NCBI GenBank assembly: GCA_000004985.1
Contig: GG738898.1
Direction: 5' to 3' (one strand)
Length of the DNA: 64,000 bases
Source of the DNA: Naegleria gruberi
Taxonomy: Eukaryota
A program made the position numbers and the translations under genes. Below are positions 34,808-45,596 of the stretch, piece by piece. Under the pieces are notes generated by a model. That model saw only the letters and a program-made list of their open reading frames with translations, searched no databases and was not told where the DNA came from. Every line of letters begins with the position of its first letter. Position 1 is the stretch's first letter.

Positions 34808-37723
34808 ATGAGAAAAGGTAACAAAATGACCAGCCGCTATCATCAGCATCATTGGTCCATAATGATAATGATACTGTTGATTATTTCTTTTTCAATGATT
34901 GTTAACATTCATGCTGCATGGGATTTTAGTAGATTTTCCACTCACATGGAACAAATTCAACAATTGCACAATACCTTCTTCGCCAATATCAAGGGAGGTG
35001 CTTCCACTGCAATCTTATTCAGAAATGAAACTGTTGGCGAGGTGTTTGCTGGCATTGCTCAAGGAAATCAAAAGCCAACCAGAGATACCAAGTATAGAAT
35101 TGCTTCAGTAACCAAGACATTTGTCTCTGCTGCCATGATGGCCTTGAGAGATGAAGGACTCATTGATTTGGATCAATCAGTTTGTGATTTTGTTCCTGAA
35201 TTTTGTACCTTTCCAAATCCTGATGGATTATCTTCCAATTTCACATTCAGACAACTTTCATCCTATTTGAGTGGATTGCCAAGAGAAGCTCCATGTGTTC
35301 TCACTGCATGTGATTATTCCAATGGTCAAATAATGCAAAGAATTAAGGAGAATGGATTGTTCCTTGTTAGAGATGGTGATCATTATCCAATTTATTCCAA
35401 TCTTGGATATTCCTTCTTGGGACATGCATTGGAGAGTGCTGCCAAGATTAGTTTCGAACAAGTTATTCAGAGTAGAATTTTAGACAAGTTGGGCATGAAG
35501 AATTCTGGCTTTGTCAATAAGGACAATTTGAACAATCTCATTTTGGCTGAAGGTTATCATGAAAGTGAAAGAATTTACACCAACAACAAGACCATCTCTT
35601 GGTCTCAACCTGCTGCTGGAATGTATTCTAGCATTGCTGATTTGACATTGTACGTCAAGAATTTGATGAATGCATTTGCAAATTATGGAAACAAGATGGA
35701 AACATCCATCATGAGTAGACAAACATTGAGAGAGTTTTTGAATGCACAACATGTTCTTCCTCATGGCTCTGCTGCTGTTGGATTGAGTTGGGAAATGGTT
35801 CATTATCCATTCTTGGGAGGTTGGGCCATTATGAAGAGCGGTTTGATTGGTGGTTACAATGCTCAAGTTGTCATGATTCCTCATTGTGAGATGGCTGTCA
35901 TTACATTGCTTTCAAGAGATGATGGTGCACAATCTTTGGCTTTACAATCTGCTGCAACTATTGCTTCTGCAATGAAGGATTACTTGACTGAATTGAGAGA
36001 GAAGGAAATTGCTGGTAATTTTGGCTCTTTAGTCTCACAATACAAACAATCTGGAAATATTGTTAGTTTGGAACTTGGTAATGTCACCAATTCCAACCAA
36101 AAGTTACTCAATATTAGAAACCCAATTAGTTCACTTTCTCAATCTTTCAACTTGCTTCCAAGTAAGGAAAATGAATTTATTATTCAACCATACGATATTC
36201 CAACAAGAGTTCAATATGAAAAGGGATTAGGTGGAAGTAGGGTTATGACAAGAAGTGATCTTGCCAATATCACTTCACCTGATTTTGATTTATTTGCCAA
36301 CACCCTGTCTACTTCCAACAAGAGAAACTTGGAAAGACAAGCTATCACCTCTGTTTGTAATCACATTCCAAAGGATGTTTCACTCTCATTGCCAATCACT
36401 CAAAGTGATGCTGCTACTGCTTTGAAAAATTTGGGAGATTCAGTTTCTGCATTTGCTTCTCAAACTGGATCAAAAGTTGCTATCCAAGTTAACTATAAGG
36501 GTCAACAGGTTATTATGTTTACATTTGGATCTAGTACTGATTCTACTTCCTTCAATATTGGAACACTTACTCAACTCTTTACTTCCACTGCTATTCTTAT
36601 TGCCAAAGAGAAGGGACTTATCAAATCACTCGATGATCCTATTGTTAAATATCTTCCTCAAATTGTTTATCAAGAAAACTTGCCATTTGAGAATAACATG
36701 ACCATACGTCAATTGATGAATCATGCTTCAGGACTTCCAATTATTGCACCTTGTGATGATACTGACACCTGCTCATTGAACTGGAATCAATATGTTGAAA
36801 AAACAATGGCTGAACAACACATCATTCAACCAAGCTCAACTCTTAGAACATTCTCTACTATTGGATTTTCAATTTTAGGAAGATTGATTGCTTCTTTGAA
36901 AGGAGTAGTTTCATTCAATCAATTCGTTACTGACAATATTTTGACTCCTCTCAAAATGACTGATTCAGGATTCAAGTCTGCTTCATTCTTGGCCTCAAAT
37001 TCTGAAATGTATTCATCCATTAGAGATGTTTCCAAGTTTTTGAATTGTATTTCTGGAATTCATAGGGAATGCTCAATTATTAAGAAGGAATCATCCAGAT
37101 TACTCCACTTGAGAAATTTACTCTCCAACGACAAGGCAATGAGTATGTCACTTGGTTCATTTGAGCATGAATTCTCTAATGGCATTTGGTTTGCTTCCAA
37201 GTATGGATCTATTAAGGGTTACAGTTCCTATGTTGCTATGAATGACGATTTGGATCTCTCTGTTGTTGTATTGTCATCTTCAGATAATAATGTGGGAAAG
37301 TATCTTGTCAATAACCAAAGTGCCATTCCAAACTTGTTCAAAGCATTCACAACAGCACTTCAACAACAACCATCTTTCTTAAAAGCCAACACATCTCTTC
37401 CTAGTCAGGAATTGCTTAAGGATATGAAGGGTATTTACAAGGTATTCGATCAATTCCTTCTCTTTACTCAATATCTTCAAATTGATTACAATGCTCAATT
37501 GGGTTTGATCACTTTTGCATTTGTTGAAAGTGCTACTCCAGCACAATCTTCTGCATCTCCAAACTTTGTTTTGGAAATGATATCACCACAAGATAATCTC
37601 ACTTACAAGGTTAAAACATTGAGCACATTGTCTTGTATGGGAAATGTNNNNNNNNNNNNNNNNNNNNNNNNNNNNNNNNNNNNNNNNNNNNNNNNNNCAG
37701 GCATCCAATGCATTATTGAATAG
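34808..37723 (+). CDS. Secreted serine beta-lactamase/esterase-fold protein (LACTB/PBP4-like) with two tandem beta-lactamase-like domains
   Basis: A signal peptide (IMIMILLIISFSMIVNIHAA) is followed by domain 1 with SVTK (SxxK) and YSNLG (YxN) motifs. Domain 2 (..FTFGSSTDSTSFNIGTLTQLF..) has the SxxK serine replaced (TLTQ). The ORF crosses a 50-N gap at 37648-37697, so the C-terminus is uncertain. The start could be ATG 34808 or 34826. Confidence 0.7.
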   Translation: MRKGNKMTSRYHQHHWSIMIMILLIISFSMIVNIHAAWDFSRFSTHMEQIQQLHNTFFANIKGGASTAILFRNETVGEVFAGIAQGNQKPTRDTKYRIASVTKTFVSAAMMALRDEGLIDLDQSVCDFVPEFCTFPNPDGLSSNFTFRQLSSYLSGLPREAPCVLTACDYSNGQIMQRIKENGLFLVRDGDHYPIYSNLGYSFLGHALESAAKISFEQVIQSRILDKLGMKNSGFVNKDNLNNLILAEGYHESERIYTNNKTISWSQPAAGMYSSIADLTLYVKNLMNAFANYGNKMETSIMSRQTLREFLNAQHVLPHGSAAVGLSWEMVHYPFLGGWAIMKSGLIGGYNAQVVMIPHCEMAVITLLSRDDGAQSLALQSAATIASAMKDYLTELREKEIAGNFGSLVSQYKQSGNIVSLELGNVTNSNQKLLNIRNPISSLSQSFNLLPSKENEFIIQPYDIPTRVQYEKGLGGSRVMTRSDLANITSPDFDLFANTLSTSNKRNLERQAITSVCNHIPKDVSLSLPITQSDAATALKNLGDSVSAFASQTGSKVAIQVNYKGQQVIMFTFGSSTDSTSFNIGTLTQLFTSTAILIAKEKGLIKSLDDPIVKYLPQIVYQENLPFENNMTIRQLMNHASGLPIIAPCDDTDTCSLNWNQYVEKTMAEQHIIQPSSTLRTFSTIGFSILGRLIASLKGVVSFNQFVTDNILTPLKMTDSGFKSASFLASNSEMYSSIRDVSKFLNCISGIHRECSIIKKESSRLLHLRNLLSNDKAMSMSLGSFEHEFSNGIWFASKYGSIKGYSSYVAMNDDLDLSVVVLSSSDNNVGKYLVNNQSAIPNLFKAFTTALQQQPSFLKANTSLPSQELLKDMKGIYKVFDQFLLFTQYLQIDYNAQLGLITFAFVESATPAQSSASPNFVLEMISPQDNLTYKVKTLSTLSCMGNXXXXXXXXXXXXXXXXXXGIQCIIE

Positions 37724-37840
37724 TTTCCTCTTGTACTGTTTGATGGTTGCATTCATGTTTGTAAACTTGTAAAAAATTCCTTAATAAATTGTATTTACTA
37801 CACAATTTTTCAACTCGGTAGAGGAATAATTGGTGCAATA

Positions 37841-39100
37841 TCATTCATTACATAGTTGCGTAAGGTTTTTCAATTTGGAAATTTCTTTCAATCCTGTCGC
37901 ATCAATCCTAATATAATTTTTAGAAATATCAAGTGAGGTGAGGTTGAAAAGACCTGTTCCAATATACTTTGCTCCTTCTGAACTGATATTACACCAACTA
38001 ATATCAAGTTTTGTCAATTTTGTCATTGTGGATATTTGTTTTGCTCCTTCAGTGGATAATCTATTACCAAATATTGACAGGCTAGTCAGATTTTCCATTG
38101 AGCTGATTATACTTGCACCAATGCTATCTATGTTACAGTTTGCAACATTTAAGCTCGTAATTCCTTTCATTCCATTAATCAATTTCAAACCTGAAATACG
38201 AATAGTATTTTCCGAAATGTTCAGGAGTTTCAATTTTTTCAATGGTAACAAAAAATTGACATCCGTTAACTTATTGTAAGAAATACCTAGAGAGGTCAAA
38301 TTGGTAAAGTTCTTGATTACTTCGGCACCTGATGCTGCTATTCTATTTCCACTAATATCTAGGAATGTCAAATTGGTGAGATTACTCAAACATAGAGCTC
38401 CATCTGCTCCAATACTATTATCAGAAATGTCCAATTCAGTCAGTCCAATTAATTTTCCAATATCTTCCGCACATCTATTATCAAAACGATTTTTTGAAAT
38501 GTTTAGTGATAATAAATTTGTCAGTGAGCTTGTATTTTCACATTTATGCATTACATTTTTGGAAAGGTTTAGCTTTCTCAAACCTTTTAGCCTTCCAATC
38601 CATTTAATTTCCTTTTCTAATGCAAGAAATCCGATCACTCTTTCCATATCCAATGATTGAATTCTTTCAATAAACAATTTTTGTTCTGAAGTTTCCTCTA
38701 AATTCGAATACTTTCGTAACATGCTCCTAAATCTCTTCCAAGCTGACCAATCACTTATTTTCACATCAAAGACATGTCTTGTACAAGCCACACGAAACCA
38801 CTGTTTAGAAATTAGAAAACAATTCCTAATCACCTCCTTCGATGAAAAATATTCCATCACTTCGTAACAAACATCATCGGAAAATTCCAAACGATGATCA
38901 ATTGTTCTTTCATCACTAATTTCCGATAAATTAGGCTTGATTTTTTTGATGATTGAATCGGAAGAGCAAGAGGTTATTTGTGCTTCGAGATTTCTTTTCA
39001 TTTTTTTGAAGTAATCCAAAATTGGATTTACTACTTGATTGAAAAACATTAATATTAATGGTTCTCTCCGAATGATAAACAAACCAAAAAGTGGTGCCAA
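37841..39100 (-). CDS. F-box-like / RI-type leucine-rich-repeat protein (intact paralog of the 746-1948 pseudogene)
   Basis: This is a 419-aa single-exon ORF. It has an F-box-like CYEVMEYFSSKEVIRNCFLISKQWFRVAC segment, then about 12 LRRs of the L..L.L..N.IG..GA..I type. Confidence 0.7.
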   Translation of the reverse strand: MAPLFGLFIIRREPLILMFFNQVVNPILDYFKKMKRNLEAQITSCSSDSIIKKIKPNLSEISDERTIDHRLEFSDDVCYEVMEYFSSKEVIRNCFLISKQWFRVACTRHVFDVKISDWSAWKRFRSMLRKYSNLEETSEQKLFIERIQSLDMERVIGFLALEKEIKWIGRLKGLRKLNLSKNVMHKCENTSSLTNLLSLNISKNRFDNRCAEDIGKLIGLTELDISDNSIGADGALCLSNLTNLTFLDISGNRIAASGAEVIKNFTNLTSLGISYNKLTDVNFLLPLKKLKLLNISENTIRISGLKLINGMKGITSLNVANCNIDSIGASIISSMENLTSLSIFGNRLSTEGAKQISTMTKLTKLDISWCNISSEGAKYIGTGLFNLTSLDISKNYIRIDATGLKEISKLKNLTQLCNE

Positions 39101-39168
39101 AAGAATGAAAAAAATTAAGATGTTCCCAGTTGTTTTTGTTATCTGATTATTTAATCAAGCAATATGAT

Positions 39169-39259
39169 GGTGAGTTGGTCGAGTGGTCTAAGACGACACG
39201 TTAAGGTATGTTTAATACCGTGTTCCGCAAGGGCGTGGGTTCAAATCCCACACTCATCA
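39169..39259 (+). tRNA. tRNA-Leu (anticodon AAG) with ~11-nt intron (39207-39217)
   Basis: It has a type II cloverleaf: acceptor GGTGAGT/ACTCATC, D-loop AGTGGTCTAA, anticodon loop TTAAGG, long variable arm TCCGCAAGGGCG and T-arm GTGGGTTCAAATCCCAC. It lies in the 258-bp spacer between two minus-strand genes. Confidence 0.85.
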
Positions 39260-39358
39260 ATTTTGCCTCCCACAATTATTAATATATACATCATCAATAT
39301 TTGCCTCGAATCAATATTATTGGATTTTTAATAATAAATTAATACCAAGTCTATTTCT

Positions 39359-42300
39359 TTATTCAAAAATCTCATCTTCAACAACTGCTTTTACATGGTG
39401 CTTATCTGACAACAGATACGTGTTGCATAACCCTTTTCCTTTAACTTCGACACTTCTTTCCTCAAATTCAAATCCAATATGCTTCACTCTTTCATAAGTT
39501 GATAGTGAAATTTGAATCCTTCCTGAAAGTGATGTCGATTCCATTCTAGATGCTGTATTAACAGCATCACCCCACAAGTCGTAGGCAAACTTTTTTGTTC
39601 CAATTACACCAGCTACAGATTCTCCAGTATTCAAACCAATTCTAATATTGATCTGATGCCCAAATTCTAGTCGATGTTCCTCATTGTAAGATCTCACCAC
39701 CTGAAAAACGTCTATGGCAAATTTGAGTGTTCTTTCTGGATGGTCATCCTTTTCTGAGAGCTTGATTCCACCCACACAAAAGTAGGCATCACCAATGGTC
39801 TTGATCTTTTCCAAATTGTGTTTGTCAATGAGGGCATCAAAGCCATTCACTACATTATTCAACATGCCAACCAATTGAGTTGGATTAAGAGTTGAGGACA
39901 TTTTCGTGAAACCGACCATATCAGAGAAGAAACAAGTCATGTCATCAAACTTTTCTGCAATAAATGTATCTCCAGATTTCAATCTACTTGCGACACTCTC
40001 TGGTAAAATGGATCTTAACAAGTTTTCAGACTTTTTCTTTTCTTCAGCCAAGAGAGCGAGTTGTTTCTTGTCATTGGTCACGTCCTTAATGAAACAAGTA
40101 ATAACAGGCTTGTTATCAAAGAGTGTGGAAAATAAATTGACCTTTGCTGGAAATTTAGTTTGATTCTTTCTCAAACAATCTAAATCTACAGTTTCACCTT
40201 GAGATTCCTTTGTGGTGAGAGTTGATTGAATTAATTCGGAGATTAATCGGCTCAGCTCGTCTCTATTGTTCCTGTCGAAGAGACTTGTGAGTGAAGTACC
40301 AAGGGTATCACTTTGTTTGCAATTGAACATTTTCTGGGCTGCTGGATTGAAAATTTCAATTTCACATGCACTATTGCAAAGAACTGCTCCGTCAACAACA
40401 GAATTGAGAATATTTCTCACTTTGGATTCATCACCTGTTCCTTTAGAAATATTCTTCTTCTTTCCAAAAAGTGATCTACTTGGAAGTTTCTCATAGAGTA
40501 CGTACTCTCTTAGCTCATCAGATAATTCCAACTCTTCATATTGAACATAGTTTAAAAGCATTCTCATGTGTTCCGTATTTTTCGAATGTGATTTGAAAAT
40601 ACTTCTCAACATTAAAAAGATTGAAACAATGCAGATAGCACCAAGCACTCCAAAAACAATTACCATTGAGACAGAAGGAGTGGAACGAGTGATGGTGAAT
40701 AATGCGAGGAATTCCAGCAAGACTATACTAATGGTATGTGCCAACTCATCAATTTGGAAATGTTTCTCCAATAATTGAGAATCTGAGTAAATATTCTTCA
40801 TCAAGTCTTCATTTAGCTTTACACAACTCACCACGAATTCATCTACAATAGATTCCAAGCTGGAGCAGTTTTCACAAGCTTTAGTGGTGATAATTTCATC
40901 AATTCTTGGTACTATTCCCAAAATGGAAGGTGAGACTCCAATCTTTCCATAAATCATGTCATTATATGTAGATCTAAGATCTGTTACATTGAATCGGATA
41001 TCGTCTTTGAATAAATTTAAGGCTGAGTCATTGAACAGAGTTTTTGAATTGAAAAGTGAGCTCGGTAAATTACTGAAAGTCAATTCACCCATCTTGAATC
41101 CAATATTCTGAGTCAAAACAAGGGTCTCTGTTGTTTGTTTGACACTCAGCATGGTAGAGTAACCCAATTCTGAATTCAATACCAACTCGGCAAACATCAT
41201 AGATGCACATAATAAGGAAGCAAGAGCCATAACAATGAAAATTAAATATCGAAGCATATTTCTCTTCCTGTTGAAGGTGTTCAAAAATTGAGACGAGTTA
41301 CTGTGTGTGTACTTTCCCAATTCGGTATAAATATTCGAGATGAGCTCCTTCTTGATGTTCTTCTCGTAAGTTTTCAGAGTTCTTCCAATCTGAGAAAAGA
41401 AAATCTTCATGTACAAAAGGAAAGAAACAGCACAGATAACATAGACTCCACCAATGCTCACGAAAAAGTACAAGTAATCATTTGTAAATGTGTTCGCATT
41501 TACCTTGCATCTTTCAATGAAATCAAAGCAAATTTCTACAAAAGCATTTGTAAAACTATTGTAATTGAGATAGAGAATCATAAAGTTGTAAACATCAACT
41601 GTAGAATTGAAACCACTACTAGGATAGGACTCCACCAAGTGCATAAGAATGGAGGATATTTCTGAGAGTGAAACATTTTTTACAATGAAACTGTCATAAT
41701 ATCCACTGCTTCTTTTGTTTACAGTTGGAAGATAGAGCTTTTTTGTTTCTCCATTGTAGTCGTCATACATTTCAGGTGTGAACTTTCCAATCTTTTTTCC
41801 TTGTGACATTAGTTTAACATGCTCAATGTGTTCAACGTAGAAATCAACCCTTTCCTTCAATAATTCAGTAATTTTCTCCACCGATTGATCACTCTGTTCC
41901 AATGATAATACCATTTCATGATAAATTTGAGGAAGTGCCTTCTGGAGCGAAACTGAATTTTGAGACTGACTCATCTGCAACACTATTTGCTGATTTCTAA
42001 TCTGTTTGAAAATTGCATAACTTGAAACTGTTGGCTCGCAAACTTGCTGAACGAATTTCACATCAGCTAACACTCCATCAGAGAATACCAAACTCAATAC
42101 TGCCGCACAAATCAGGAAAGCTGCAGAAAGAAGGCAAAAACATAAGGCAAGACAAATATTGAACTCGTGTCCAATTGGTTGTGCAAGAGCCATCTTGAAT
42201 TTTTGATCTCTCTTTAAACTTGGATCTTCCTCCACACCATTCAAAAGTACATTCTCTGATATATCATCCAAATCCACTTCTACAGATTTATCATTCGCCC

Positions 42301-44437
42301 TATTATTATACAAGCCCTCAAGAAAGGCGATACTCTCCCCTCCTACTGCAGAAGTTTTCATTGCTTCCACTCGTTTTGCCTTCTTTGATTTTCTTAACAA
42401 GTTTGCTGCTTCTTCCTCTTCAAGCTCGTGTGCTTCAGAGTAGAATTCATTTGCAGTTTCTGAATCGAACTTGACCTCTTCCAAATATCTTGCATAAATT
42501 CTCAAGAAGGACTTGTTCATCTTGAAAGCTGAGAGTCTGTTTGAAAATGCAGTGTCCAAATCATTCATGATGGCTGTGCATTGTGTATTGATGATTTCTA
42601 ATGTTTCCACATTCACAATATCATTCATCATTTCCTTGAAGAATTCTCTATGGAGTGCTTTGAATTCTTTCAGTTTGGAGTCTAAACGAGAGGCAAGTTG
42701 TTCTGCATCGGTATGGATAGCGACAACTGGTTTGTTCTCCTTCTTGTTAATTTCCTTCATCAAATCATGACAAGCAATCTTGTCAGTGAGTGATGTACTT
42801 ATTCTACTTAGTTTTGTCATTAGTGAGAGGGAATAATTTGTGGCTCTCTCCTCTGTCATGCAGTAATAGACCAATAATGTGGCAAAATATAAGGTTATTG
42901 GATTTGCCAAAACTCTACTACTATGAGCCCCCTTAATGAGTGCCAGAGCCATGTCAGTATCTGTGAGTGAGCTATTTGGATCCTTTGGTTTTTCCTCATA
43001 ATTTGTTGCTCTCTTACGAATAATATCAACTGAGAAGCTAAAACGGAGAAAAATATTCAGTTGATTTGTTAGTTGTTTTTCTGAAATGTAAACTAGTATT
43101 GAGGTGGCTTTCTTTTCAATGAGACTTCGTATAGTCTCATTAGAAAGACTCTTTATAAGATTTGATTCTTTAGAAGAACTCAAATCCTCATATTGCCCAC
43201 CTTGTGTGAGAATAATCTGTCCAATTCTTCTCTTGATAATTCTAATGTAAGCTTCCATAGCTATAATTCCTCCAACGAATCCAATGACAATCAACCCTAA
43301 GGTAAGACCCATCATTCCCAATCCAAAATCCCATTTCACTGAAGTGTTAGTTAAAGAAGATATTAATGATCCAATGGCACCTCCAACTTTTGCTCCTGCA
43401 ATTCCTGAATAAATCGAATTTTCCCAAGACTTTTGGAATGGAAGAGATAGAAACAAAGGAATAAACCATGAAATAGACATGACCAAATGCACAATTGCTC
43501 TCCCAAAAACTTTTTGAGAGGGTATAAAGAAAATAATGAACACTTGTGAAATATTCGTGATGGAGAAGAATGTTAAAGGCCAATCATAAACCGGTTTGAA
43601 AACAAGAGAGCTATCCCATGTAGGAGAAAAACTAAAACGTGTCGCCATTATACTAATGCACAAAGTGATGAAGGCAACAATTGAGAATGCATAAAGAGTT
43701 AAATTTGAATTTCCAAAACATCTCACACTAGAAAATCTCTGCAATGCATAATCTGAATTATCAATCTCCTCAAAGTATACTGTCTTTGAATAATCACATT
43801 CGATAAAACTTGTCAAAATAAAGGCAAATATCATTGATAACCCATTCATGAAAAAGCCAACAAATAGTAATAGATTCTTCAGTTTCTCCATGTGCTTACT
43901 AGCTTTAAAAACTCCCCAAGCGGAGAACATGACCACCAACATGGCTATAAAACAAATGGTAATGACCAAACTAGTGATAACAACCATAGCATCATAGGGT
44001 ACTAAATCCAATGAGAGTGTAATTGGATAATTGAGAGCACGAAAAACCCACTCTCCATACTCTCCAAAATTAAAAGATCCCAACGTTGAGACCCAAACAC
44101 TAGTCCACAATATATACAAATTATACGCAACAGATAATAAAAGCTGTTTCCATCCTCTCCTCTGTTTTCTATCTTTCATTGATGAGATGAATGTAAAGAT
44201 TGCCTGTTGTCCATTCCTCATGATTGACGAAGTGATTGATGAAGATCGTCCCGTCTGATGACTTGTCTCACTCTCCACTATACTACTTCCATCGAAAACT
44301 TCATTTTGAGGCCTCCTTATTCCCTCAAAGAGAACTGTTGAATTATCTATTGATGCTGCTTGTAGTTGATGATGAGAAACCCCACCCTGAATAAGTATAC
44401 TCGTTCGCGGAGAAACAACAACACCAGAATGTTCCAT
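39359..44437 (-). CDS. Multi-pass membrane adenylyl cyclase with PAS domain and single C-terminal class III cyclase catalytic domain
   Basis: This is a 1692-aa single-exon ORF. It has two clusters of about 6 hydrophobic helices (residues ~95-400 and ~950-1250). A PAS-like segment (NILNSVVDGAVLCNSACEIEIFNPAAQKMF...) follows. A cyclase transducer element (LLRSILPESVASRLKSGDTFIAEKFDDMTCFFSDMVGFT) and the catalytic core (KIKTIGDAYFCVGGI ... AYDLWGDAVNTASRMEST) follow, at about 40117-39487. The specificity residues K and D indicate ATP rather than GTP. Confidence 0.85.
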   Translation of the reverse strand: MEHSGVVVSPRTSILIQGGVSHHQLQAASIDNSTVLFEGIRRPQNEVFDGSSIVESETSHQTGRSSSITSSIMRNGQQAIFTFISSMKDRKQRRGWKQLLLSVAYNLYILWTSVWVSTLGSFNFGEYGEWVFRALNYPITLSLDLVPYDAMVVITSLVITICFIAMLVVMFSAWGVFKASKHMEKLKNLLLFVGFFMNGLSMIFAFILTSFIECDYSKTVYFEEIDNSDYALQRFSSVRCFGNSNLTLYAFSIVAFITLCISIMATRFSFSPTWDSSLVFKPVYDWPLTFFSITNISQVFIIFFIPSQKVFGRAIVHLVMSISWFIPLFLSLPFQKSWENSIYSGIAGAKVGGAIGSLISSLTNTSVKWDFGLGMMGLTLGLIVIGFVGGIIAMEAYIRIIKRRIGQIILTQGGQYEDLSSSKESNLIKSLSNETIRSLIEKKATSILVYISEKQLTNQLNIFLRFSFSVDIIRKRATNYEEKPKDPNSSLTDTDMALALIKGAHSSRVLANPITLYFATLLVYYCMTEERATNYSLSLMTKLSRISTSLTDKIACHDLMKEINKKENKPVVAIHTDAEQLASRLDSKLKEFKALHREFFKEMMNDIVNVETLEIINTQCTAIMNDLDTAFSNRLSAFKMNKSFLRIYARYLEEVKFDSETANEFYSEAHELEEEEAANLLRKSKKAKRVEAMKTSAVGGESIAFLEGLYNNRANDKSVEVDLDDISENVLLNGVEEDPSLKRDQKFKMALAQPIGHEFNICLALCFCLLSAAFLICAAVLSLVFSDGVLADVKFVQQVCEPTVSSYAIFKQIRNQQIVLQMSQSQNSVSLQKALPQIYHEMVLSLEQSDQSVEKITELLKERVDFYVEHIEHVKLMSQGKKIGKFTPEMYDDYNGETKKLYLPTVNKRSSGYYDSFIVKNVSLSEISSILMHLVESYPSSGFNSTVDVYNFMILYLNYNSFTNAFVEICFDFIERCKVNANTFTNDYLYFFVSIGGVYVICAVSFLLYMKIFFSQIGRTLKTYEKNIKKELISNIYTELGKYTHSNSSQFLNTFNRKRNMLRYLIFIVMALASLLCASMMFAELVLNSELGYSTMLSVKQTTETLVLTQNIGFKMGELTFSNLPSSLFNSKTLFNDSALNLFKDDIRFNVTDLRSTYNDMIYGKIGVSPSILGIVPRIDEIITTKACENCSSLESIVDEFVVSCVKLNEDLMKNIYSDSQLLEKHFQIDELAHTISIVLLEFLALFTITRSTPSVSMVIVFGVLGAICIVSIFLMLRSIFKSHSKNTEHMRMLLNYVQYEELELSDELREYVLYEKLPSRSLFGKKKNISKGTGDESKVRNILNSVVDGAVLCNSACEIEIFNPAAQKMFNCKQSDTLGTSLTSLFDRNNRDELSRLISELIQSTLTTKESQGETVDLDCLRKNQTKFPAKVNLFSTLFDNKPVITCFIKDVTNDKKQLALLAEEKKKSENLLRSILPESVASRLKSGDTFIAEKFDDMTCFFSDMVGFTKMSSTLNPTQLVGMLNNVVNGFDALIDKHNLEKIKTIGDAYFCVGGIKLSEKDDHPERTLKFAIDVFQVVRSYNEEHRLEFGHQINIRIGLNTGESVAGVIGTKKFAYDLWGDAVNTASRMESTSLSGRIQISLSTYERVKHIGFEFEERSVEVKGKGLCNTYLLSDKHHVKAVVEDEIFE

Positions 44438-44870
44438 TGTTTTTATGGTTGTTGTTATTTGGTGGCTATGGAGAAGTATTAATAATAATAATGATGATGA
44501 ATAATATGATGGTGCGAAGCGTTTTTTTAAGGTTCTGTTTTAATGACTCTCTCGAGAATCTCTATTACGATTATTCGAGAGTGCACGGCCACGACACAGT
44601 TTGTGTGTTATTTCAAGTTTGTAAATAAGTGAGAGAGTTTGAAAGGTAGTGAAAGAGAGTCATTCATATTAATAAATTAATACAAATTTATTAATTAGTG
44701 GGACAAATCAAGAAGTAAATTTTCTTGGAATCATTTGATAATGGTACATAATATTGGTTGGATTAATCCTCTGTGCTTTCTAATGGTTGAATTGGTCCAT
44801 TGATTGGAATTTCCATAGTATTGGTAGTATTATTGGTTTCAGGGTAATTGCAGTCTATGGAATTAATAGT

Positions 44871-45596
44871 CTATGGAGAAATCCTGACCCATCCTTGATC
44901 GACCAAAATATTTGAATCATAGACAGCAAATTCCTTTTCACTTTCAGCAATTTCAATTTCACCACCTCCATTTTCAAAATGAGTTTTTAGTTTGGCCAAA
45001 AATTCCTTGTGAAAGGTATCACATTCTTCCTTTGGAGTTGGGCTAAACCATCTGAAAGTGAGCAAATGTCCACAAATATCATAATGTTTACCAAGTAAAT
45101 TTTGGCTTCTAGCAACTTCTTCCTTGATTAACAAACTATCCAAATGGGCCAATTGAGCAACTCTATCTTGACCTCTCAAATAAATCTTGGTATGATATTC
45201 AAAATATTTCATATCATTACCACTTGAAGAATCAGAGCTTAAATTCTTTTCAATATTCTTACAATTAGCCATAGCTTCCAATTTAACTCTTAACAATTCA
45301 AAACCATTATTTTTGATAGTATCAGCCATACCAAGAATGTGTTTCAAAACATCAGATTTCTTACCACTATGATAGGAAGATGACATTAATTCTTGTGGTC
45401 TATTTCTGATGGATTCAACTGGATAATTATCTTCAGAAGGATACAAGACCAACACTGGTTTACATTTTAATTCTTCTCTACATAATTTGGAAAATCTTTC
45501 AACTTGTTCGGATGACGGAGTCTTTCCATCCATATGGTTCTTGACAGTAATATGACATCCGAAGAGTCCTGATATTTCTTCAACTACGTTGCTCAT
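44871..45596 (-). CDS. Hypothetical 241-aa protein (possible 2H phosphoesterase-like fold; one clear H-I-T-V motif)
   Basis: This is a clean ORF with typical codon usage. GCHITVKNH and CGHLLTFRW are weak HxT/S-type motifs. The assignment is tentative. Confidence 0.45.
   Translation of the reverse strand: MSNVVEEISGLFGCHITVKNHMDGKTPSSEQVERFSKLCREELKCKPVLVLYPSEDNYPVESIRNRPQELMSSSYHSGKKSDVLKHILGMADTIKNNGFELLRVKLEAMANCKNIEKNLSSDSSSGNDMKYFEYHTKIYLRGQDRVAQLAHLDSLLIKEEVARSQNLLGKHYDICGHLLTFRWFSPTPKEECDTFHKEFLAKLKTHFENGGGEIEIAESEKEFAVYDSNILVDQGWVRISP

Noticed and set aside
39906-44258. Plus-strand ORFs inside the cyclase gene (39906-40163, 41288-41665, 42220-42770, 44031-44258)
   Set aside because: They are antisense to a 1692-aa ORF with clear PAS and cyclase domains.
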